Shown: positions 1-3,306 of the stretch, one piece after another
Layout of the letters: each line of letters begins with the position of its first letter
How positions within the stretch are numbered: the stretch's first letter is position 1
Source of the DNA: a virus
Direction: 5' to 3' (one strand)
Virus record (IMG/VR): IMGVR_UViG_3300045988_031434
DNA length: 5,131 nucleotides
Notes under the pieces: generated by a model
The model's input: the letters and a program-made list of their open reading frames with translations, nothing else
Told to the model about the DNA's origin: nothing
Database searches by the model: none
Translations under genes and position numbers: made by a program

Positions 1-99
1 ATTTTTTTTTGAGCCAAAATATCACCTTCTTCGAAGTGTAAACCTAATAATTAACCTAAAGCAAATTATTATTAGGTTTTAGATTATTTTTGCGTCACC
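1..99. repeat. Terminal direct repeat, copy 1, identical to 5033..5131. It carries the duplicated 5' end of VP1 (codons 1-6 at 1..17) and part of the VP3/VP1 intergenic region
   Basis: Base-by-base comparison by eye found all 99 nt identical. The repeat runs to the last base of the window, so it reflects circular closure rather than a biological repeat. Confidence 0.95.
40..79. repeat. AT-rich perfect 12-bp inverted repeat (AAACCTAATAAT / ATTATTAGGTTT) with a 16-nt loop. The 7-mer AACCTAA occurs twice direct and once inverted
   Basis: 40..51 pairs perfectly with 68..79 and the loop is 52..67. AACCTAA sits at 41..47 and 53..59, and its complement TTAGGTT at 72..78. On the minus strand the element ends about 20 nt upstream of the VP1 start. 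Confidence 0.8.
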
Positions 100-140
100 T
101 ACGCCAGTTACATCAAGTAAGTAACTGGCTTCGGTGACGC
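92..140. promoter_or_regulatory. Compound hairpin in the main intergenic region: candidate replication origin, primosome site or mRNA 3' stabiliser
   Basis: The outer stem 92..99 (GCGTCACC) pairs with 133..140 (GGTGACGC), 8 bp perfect. A 3x3 internal loop separates it from the inner stem 103..111 (GCCAGTTAC) / 121..129 (GTAACTGGC), 9 bp perfect. The 9-nt loop is 112..120. The hairpin starts immediately after the VP3 stop codon (141..143). Confidence 0.75.
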
Positions 141-623
141 CTATTTTTGTGTTTCTTCATTATTTTGTTCTAAAGTGTTACTTTTTTCTTGCATTTGTTC
201 ACTACTTACGGACTGTTGTGGTTCGTCAAAGGTAGATTTACTACCATACAGACCTTGTTGTCGGAGATATTCGAGCGTTGCAGGATCATTCAAATGGTCG
301 ATGAAATTCATAGGATCATGACCAAATTTTGCTCGAACGTAAGCGGGTAAACTGTAGAATTCTTCACGAACTCCGGACACAAGCTCAAGAGCTGTGCTGT
401 AGTCGCCGGGAAGCGTTGCATCTCCAAACTGCAGGTAAGCGTATTGCGAACTATCACCGAGGTCAAGAGTCATAATACCTTTCTGACCGTCTGCATACTT
501 ATTTACGATGTAATTAATATCAGTTTCTTCTTTCTCGTCCTGAACCGTAAGAGAGGGCATGGTAAACTCAATGCCGCAATGATCATGATCTTCTACAGGA
601 TCATAAGCTGTCTTAAATTTCAT
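141..623 (-). CDS. VP3: Internal scaffolding protein VP3 (160 aa)
   Basis: Gokushovirus VP3 hallmarks are present: EFTMPSLTVQD..EETDINYIVNKY, then F.SLPA.VR.KF..DP..FI..L.DP. ATG at 623 is preceded by AAGGAGGTGA (637..628) with a 4-nt spacer. The GTG at 641 used by the ORF track lies upstream of that SD and is unlikely. Stop is TAG at 141..143. Confidence 0.88.
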   Translation of the reverse strand: MKFKTAYDPVEDHDHCGIEFTMPSLTVQDEKEETDINYIVNKYADGQKGIMTLDLGDSSQYAYLQFGDATLPGDYSTALELVSGVREEFYSLPAYVRAKFGHDPMNFIDHLNDPATLEYLRQQGLYGSKSTFDEPQQSVSSEQMQEKSNTLEQNNEETQK

Positions 624-642
624 AGTTTCACCTCCTTTCACA

Positions 643-670
643 GGCGCCTAGACGCGGCGGGCGTAGCGCA
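643..670. other. Short GC-rich island forming an imperfect hairpin in the VP3 leader
   Basis: GGCGCCTAGACGCGGCGGGCGTAGCGC has 22 of 27 bases G/C in an otherwise AT-rich genome. Pairs are 644-646/667-669, 648-650/664-666 and 653-655/661-663, with bulges at 647 and 651-652 and a loop at 656..660. It contains the palindrome GGCGCC. Confidence 0.6.
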
Positions 671-671
671 C

Positions 672-706
672 AAAAAAAGGGCGATCTCAATGAGATCGTC
701 CTTTTT
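672..706 (-). terminator. Rho-independent terminator downstream of the VP5-like gene (bidirectional architecture)
   Basis: The minus strand reads AAAAAGGACGATCTC-ATT-GAGATCGCCC followed by TTTTTTT. The core stem is 7 bp perfect (682..688 / 692..698) plus two G:C pairs (679-680/700-701) across one mismatch. An A5 tract lies 5' of the hairpin and a T7 tract 3' of it. Confidence 0.75.
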
Positions 707-723
707 CTGATACGCTCTTTATT

Positions 724-752
724 AGATTATCATTTAGTAGAATCACTGTCAA
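724..752 (-). promoter_or_regulatory. Weak candidate sigma70 promoter: TTGACA-N17-TAATCT with an extended -10 TG
   Basis: The -35 TTGACA is at 752..747. The 17-nt spacer contains TG at 732..731, and the -10 TAATCT is at 729..724, matching only 3/6 of TATAAT. It lies at the 3' end of the VP5-like gene and fires straight into the terminator at 706..672. Confidence 0.3.
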
Positions 753-1020
753 TAGTCTGCACATACTCTATGGCGCGACCAACAATGACAGGAATGTGGG
801 ACTCGTCACAATTCTCAATGTAATAGCGACCGTCGCTGTCACCGAGATTACCAACATAATAAAGAGAAAAGTCTTCAGGATACTTTTTAATAAGCATTTT
901 ATCATCGTTAACTATACCCTCAAAAGCTCGCAGAGCGAGCATATCGTTATGATAAACCTGCGGAGGACTGAACTGTTCAGCCTTGGAGTCATAAATGGAA
1001 TAAAGTCTCAGCGGAACCAT
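730..1020 (-). CDS. VP5: VP5-like non-structural protein (96 aa from ATG 1020; 102 aa if TTG 1038 is used)
   Basis: The pattern LYSIYDSKAEQFSPP....N...ALRAFEGIVND......KYPEDFSLYYVGNLGDSDG resembles the gokushovirus ORF5/VP5 family (hydrophobic-YD-K ... A.R.F ... PED[FY].L..[IV]G). It sits in the conserved position between VP4 and VP3. The start is uncertain: ATG 1020 abuts AAGGAG with no spacer, and TTG 1038 has only a weak AGGT 6 nt upstream. Confidence 0.65.
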   Translation of the reverse strand: MVPLRLYSIYDSKAEQFSPPQVYHNDMLALRAFEGIVNDDKMLIKKYPEDFSLYYVGNLGDSDGRYYIENCDESHIPVIVGRAIEYVQTIDSDSTK

Positions 1021-1228
1021 CTCCTTTTCTAAATGCAATTAAATACCTACGAATCATAAGATAAAGCATAGCTGATATAACAAAATAGTCATTATCAAGC
1101 CGAATAACCCTAGAACCATCAGGCTTAAGACGGTAAGCGGCATATTTACTACCACGAAAAGAGTAGTCAAAAGAAATATTACGATAACGACAGAAATTTT
1201 TAACAGCTTCAAATTCACTAATAAGCAT
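989..1228 (-). CDS. Hypothetical small protein (79-80 aa), an orphan accessory ORF between VP4 and VP5
   Basis: This is the only open frame filling the roughly 220-nt gap between the VP4 stop and the VP5 start. A near-consensus promoter and an AGGTGAT SD precede it. The start is ambiguous: GTG 1231 and ATG 1228 lie inside the SD, and ATT 1222 lies 4 nt after it. The 3' end overlaps the VP5-like start by 32-50 nt. I recognise no motif. Confidence 0.45.
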   Translation of the reverse strand: MLISEFEAVKNFCRYRNISFDYSFRGSKYAAYRLKPDGSRVIRLDNDYFVISAMLYLMIRRYLIAFRKGDGSAETLFHL

Positions 1229-1246
1229 CACCTCATTTCTGACTAA

Positions 1247-1275
1247 ATAGTAACACAGTCATAATACTTTGTCAA
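1247..1275 (-). promoter_or_regulatory. Candidate sigma70 promoter: TTGACA-N17-(TGt)TACTAT
   Basis: The -35 TTGACA (1275..1270) is a perfect consensus. The spacer is exactly 17 nt with an extended -10 TG at 1255..1254, and the -10 TACTAT is at 1252..1247. It overlaps the VP4 stop codon (1259..1261). The predicted TSS near 1240 gives a leader of about 10 nt before the AGGTGAT SD of the 80-aa ORF. Confidence 0.5.
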
Positions 1276-2170
1276 GCTTTCTGCCGAGAAAAAACTTATA
1301 CTTACCTTCCTGAACACGACAGCGGTCAACCAAACGCTCAAAAGTATTATTCTCCAAGTTATGAAGCATCTTCTCAATACGATTATAACGAATATATTCC
1401 ATCCAGTGAGGATGCGTTTCGTCAAATTTTTTATCATAATAACGAGGAGGACGCATCTTTTTGCCGTTGATAACAACATAATCATTGGCATAGCATTCTT
1501 CACCATGGTCTTCGAGCCATTTAGCACCTATGCCGGGACGATTGGAAGCAACCATGAATTCAGGAATACGACCTTTATAGTGAGAAGGAGCATCTTTACC
1601 TGTCTGCTTTTTAACTATATAGCGAGCGACATAGGCAGCAGAATCAAAGCTAAACTCACCAATAAGATGCAAACCGTATTTCCATACTTTGGCAAAACGA
1701 GAAGAAGTATAAGTATTATAACCATCTGTCCGGAAACGAAAAATTTTGTCATCAAAATCAATATTAAACAAAATGTAATGATAATGGGGACGACCATGAA
1801 GTTCACCATATTCACCACAGCCAAGAAAGCGAATACCACTGCCATACTCACGACGAAGATTTTTCATGAAAGTCTGATGAAATTTCTTGCTTAAGCTTTT
1901 ATCACGTGGCAAATGATAATCGTCGAAAGTGCAAGTGACGAAATAAGCAGAAGACGAAGAACGGGCTTCGTGAACAGCACGGACAGCCCACTGTCTACTA
2001 TTTTCGAGACGACAACCAATGCATTGTTTACAAGAACAACGAATGAAGCGGCTATCGCAAGCAAGCTCAGGGTGAGAGGCAAGGCTACCGTAAAAACTAT
2101 AATGTTGTTTTCCACTTTTAGTAATCGCTCCTTCAACCGAGCACATAAGAATAGGATTATAACAAACCAT
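1259..2170 (-). CDS. VP4: Replication initiation protein VP4 (HUH rolling-circle endonuclease, 303 aa)
   Basis: Motifs present are a Cys cluster CKQCIGCRLENSRQWAVR, motif I FVTCTFDD, HUH motif II RPHYHYILFN (HYH at 1778..1786), and motif III with two tyrosines AAYVARYIVKK (Y codons at 1631..1633 and 1619..1621). ATG at 2170 is preceded by AGGTGAT (2181..2175) and a 4-nt spacer. The GTG at 2179 used by the ORF track lies inside that SD. Confidence 0.92.
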   Translation of the reverse strand: MVCYNPILMCSVEGAITKSGKQHYSFYGSLASHPELACDSRFIRCSCKQCIGCRLENSRQWAVRAVHEARSSSSAYFVTCTFDDYHLPRDKSLSKKFHQTFMKNLRREYGSGIRFLGCGEYGELHGRPHYHYILFNIDFDDKIFRFRTDGYNTYTSSRFAKVWKYGLHLIGEFSFDSAAYVARYIVKKQTGKDAPSHYKGRIPEFMVASNRPGIGAKWLEDHGEECYANDYVVINGKKMRPPRYYDKKFDETHPHWMEYIRYNRIEKMLHNLENNTFERLVDRCRVQEGKYKFFLGRKLDKVL

Positions 2171-2187
2171 ATTAATCACCTGTACCG

Positions 2188-2216
2188 ATTGTATCAGGAT
2201 TAAATCAGAATGTCAA
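2188..2216 (-). promoter_or_regulatory. Candidate sigma70 promoter for VP4: TTGACA-N17-TACAAT
   Basis: The -35 TTGACA (2216..2211) is a perfect consensus and contains the VP8-like stop codon TGA (2215..2213). The spacer is exactly 17 nt. The -10 TACAAT (2193..2188) matches TATAAT at 5/6. The predicted TSS near 2181 coincides with the start of the VP4 SD. Confidence 0.55.
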
Positions 2217-2323
2217 ATCCTAAAACCACCTCGTCCTACTCTCTTAAAATTTCTACGCCTAGATCTGGAGGTACGCCGAAAAAGACGACGAGAACCTCGT
2301 TTAGATAAACGACGACGTCTCAT
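2213..2323 (-). CDS. VP8: Arginine-rich DNA-binding peptide, VP8 / phiX174 J-like (36 aa): MRRRRLSKRGSRRLFRRTSRSRRRNFKRVGRGGFRI
   Basis: I translated this by hand; it is too short for the supplied ORF track. It has 16 Arg and 2 Lys in 36 residues and no acidic residue. GGAGG at 2336..2332 lies 7 nt upstream of the ATG (2323..2321). The ATG overlaps the upstream stop as ATGA. Its position between VP2 and VP4 matches gokushovirus ORF8/VP8. Confidence 0.8.
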   Translation of the reverse strand: MRRRRLSKRGSRRLFRRTSRSRRRNFKRVGRGGFRI

Positions 2324-2559
2324 TTAGCATCCCTCCAAGAACCGAAAAAACGGCTAGTTTTTTTAGAATCATTCTTATTAGCAACTGGCTCAACAAGTTG
2401 CGCAACATCGGCTTGAAAATCCGAGGCAACCTTTTTAGCAGTAACAGTATTCGAAGAAGCTTTACCTTTCAGAGCTTCGATCAGATCTACAACTTCCTGA
2501 ATAAAAGGGACAACAACAGAAACGATAAAAGTAAGAATCATAGTAGTTTTATTAGACAT
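2320..2559 (-). CDS. Small protein with one N-terminal hydrophobic helix (79 aa); function unknown, candidate membrane or lysis protein
   Basis: ATG at 2559 is preceded by GGAAGGAG (2575..2568) and an 8-nt spacer. This initiation region is nearly identical to that of VP2. The N-terminus is MSNKTT, then MILTFIVSVVVPFI, then a polar, charged tail. The gene starts 4 nt after the VP2 stop, and its own stop overlaps the VP8-like start (ATGA). The TTG at 2577 used by the ORF track lies just upstream of the SD and abuts it. Confidence 0.65.
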   Translation of the reverse strand: MSNKTTMILTFIVSVVVPFIQEVVDLIEALKGKASSNTVTAKKVASDFQADVAQLVEPVANKNDSKKTSRFFGSWRDAK

Positions 2560-2563
2560 AAAA

Positions 2564-3292
2564 TTAACTCCTTCCAAAATAACGACCTCCGAAGAAGCCT
2601 ATAACATTTTTGATAGCAGAACCAACGCCAGTAGCAACAGATCTGGGAGCGCCTGTAAGACTTTCAAGATTCTTATAAAAATCACGTTCCATACCTGCCA
2701 TTTCAGTTTGAATATTATCAAAAGCAGCAGAAGAATTAGCCTTGTTAGCAGAAGCAATATTATTCAAAATACCAGAGCTAATATAAGAACCCTGAAGCCG
2801 AAGGTTTTCAAGCTCCAAATTCATCCTTTCAAGTTCGTAACCAAGGCGCTTTTCATAAGTCTGCTCACGAAGATTCAAATCATTTGCAAGAATACCATTC
2901 TGAAGAACTATACCATGGGTGCTCTGACGCACAGAATCGGCATCTGCGACGTTTTTTTCAATTTGAGATACTGAAAGATTCTCGGCATTCTTAGCCTGCC
3001 TTTCAGCGGCGCTAGCGGCTCTAGCAGAGTTCATGGTAGAACCTATATCACTCATACCTACAGAAGCAGCCGAAGCACCAGATATAGAACCGCCTATACC
3101 ATTAGTAGCGGCAAGAATAGGATTAAGGCCAGCCTTGCGCATATCTTCTACAGCCCATTGATAACGATGTTTATAGTTTTCAACGTTCCAAGCGTTAGCC
3201 TGTGCGGCATTAGCAGAATTGTAATGATTCTGAACTGCAGATCCTAAAACAGAACCAGCAACACTGCCTAAAGTATTAGAAAGCCATGACAT
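2564..3292 (-). CDS. VP2: Minor capsid / DNA pilot protein VP2 (242 aa)
   Basis: It has a Gly/Ser/Ala-rich N-terminus and then the conserved core YKHRYQWAVEDMRKAGLNPILAA, typical of Microviridae VP2/H-type pilot proteins. A long heptad-like helical segment follows (LNLREQTYEKRLGYELERMNLELENLRLQ). AAGGAG (3306..3301) follows the VP1 stop directly, with an 8-nt spacer to the ATG at 3292. Confidence 0.88.
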   Translation of the reverse strand: MSWLSNTLGSVAGSVLGSAVQNHYNSANAAQANAWNVENYKHRYQWAVEDMRKAGLNPILAATNGIGGSISGASAASVGMSDIGSTMNSARAASAAERQAKNAENLSVSQIEKNVADADSVRQSTHGIVLQNGILANDLNLREQTYEKRLGYELERMNLELENLRLQGSYISSGILNNIASANKANSSAAFDNIQTEMAGMERDFYKNLESLTGAPRSVATGVGSAIKNVIGFFGGRYFGRS

Positions 3293-3306
3293 AAAACCAA
3301 CTCCTT

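Noticed and set aside
1-99. The terminal 99-nt direct repeat, considered as a biological LTR, DTR or attachment-site duplication.
   Set aside because: The identity is exact, runs to the very end of the window, and cuts through both the VP1 coding sequence and a hairpin arm. That is what an arbitrarily linearised circular assembly looks like. No integrase or flanking host sequence is present.
92-140. The compound hairpin, considered as an ordinary rho-independent terminator for VP3.
   Set aside because: On the coding (minus) strand the stem is followed by AAAAATAATC, not a U-tract. T-tracts flank it only on the gene-less plus strand. It may still pause or stabilise transcripts, but it is not a canonical intrinsic terminator in the gene orientation.
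989-1038. The 80-aa ORF and the VP5-like ORF, considered as one gene split by a frameshift or joined by programmed frameshifting.
   Set aside because: The VP5-like product alone already has the length and N-terminal motif position typical of the family. No slippery heptamer or homopolymer is visible in the 50-nt overlap.
2180-2212. A dif-like XerC/XerD site, as reported for integrating enterobacterial gokushoviruses. I looked in this spacer and in the other intergenic regions (18..140, 624..729).
   Set aside because: I found no match to the XerD-arm core TTATGTTAAAT or to its complement in any intergenic region. The VP8/VP4 spacer is fully accounted for by the candidate promoter and SD.
623-2577. 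N-terminal extensions used by the ORF track: GTG 641 for VP3, GTG 2179 for VP4 and TTG 2577 for the 79-aa ORF.
   Set aside because: In each case the alternative start codon lies inside (VP4) or just upstream of the Shine-Dalgarno sequence serving a downstream ATG at ideal spacing (623, 2170, 2559). The shorter ATG-initiated products are far more likely.
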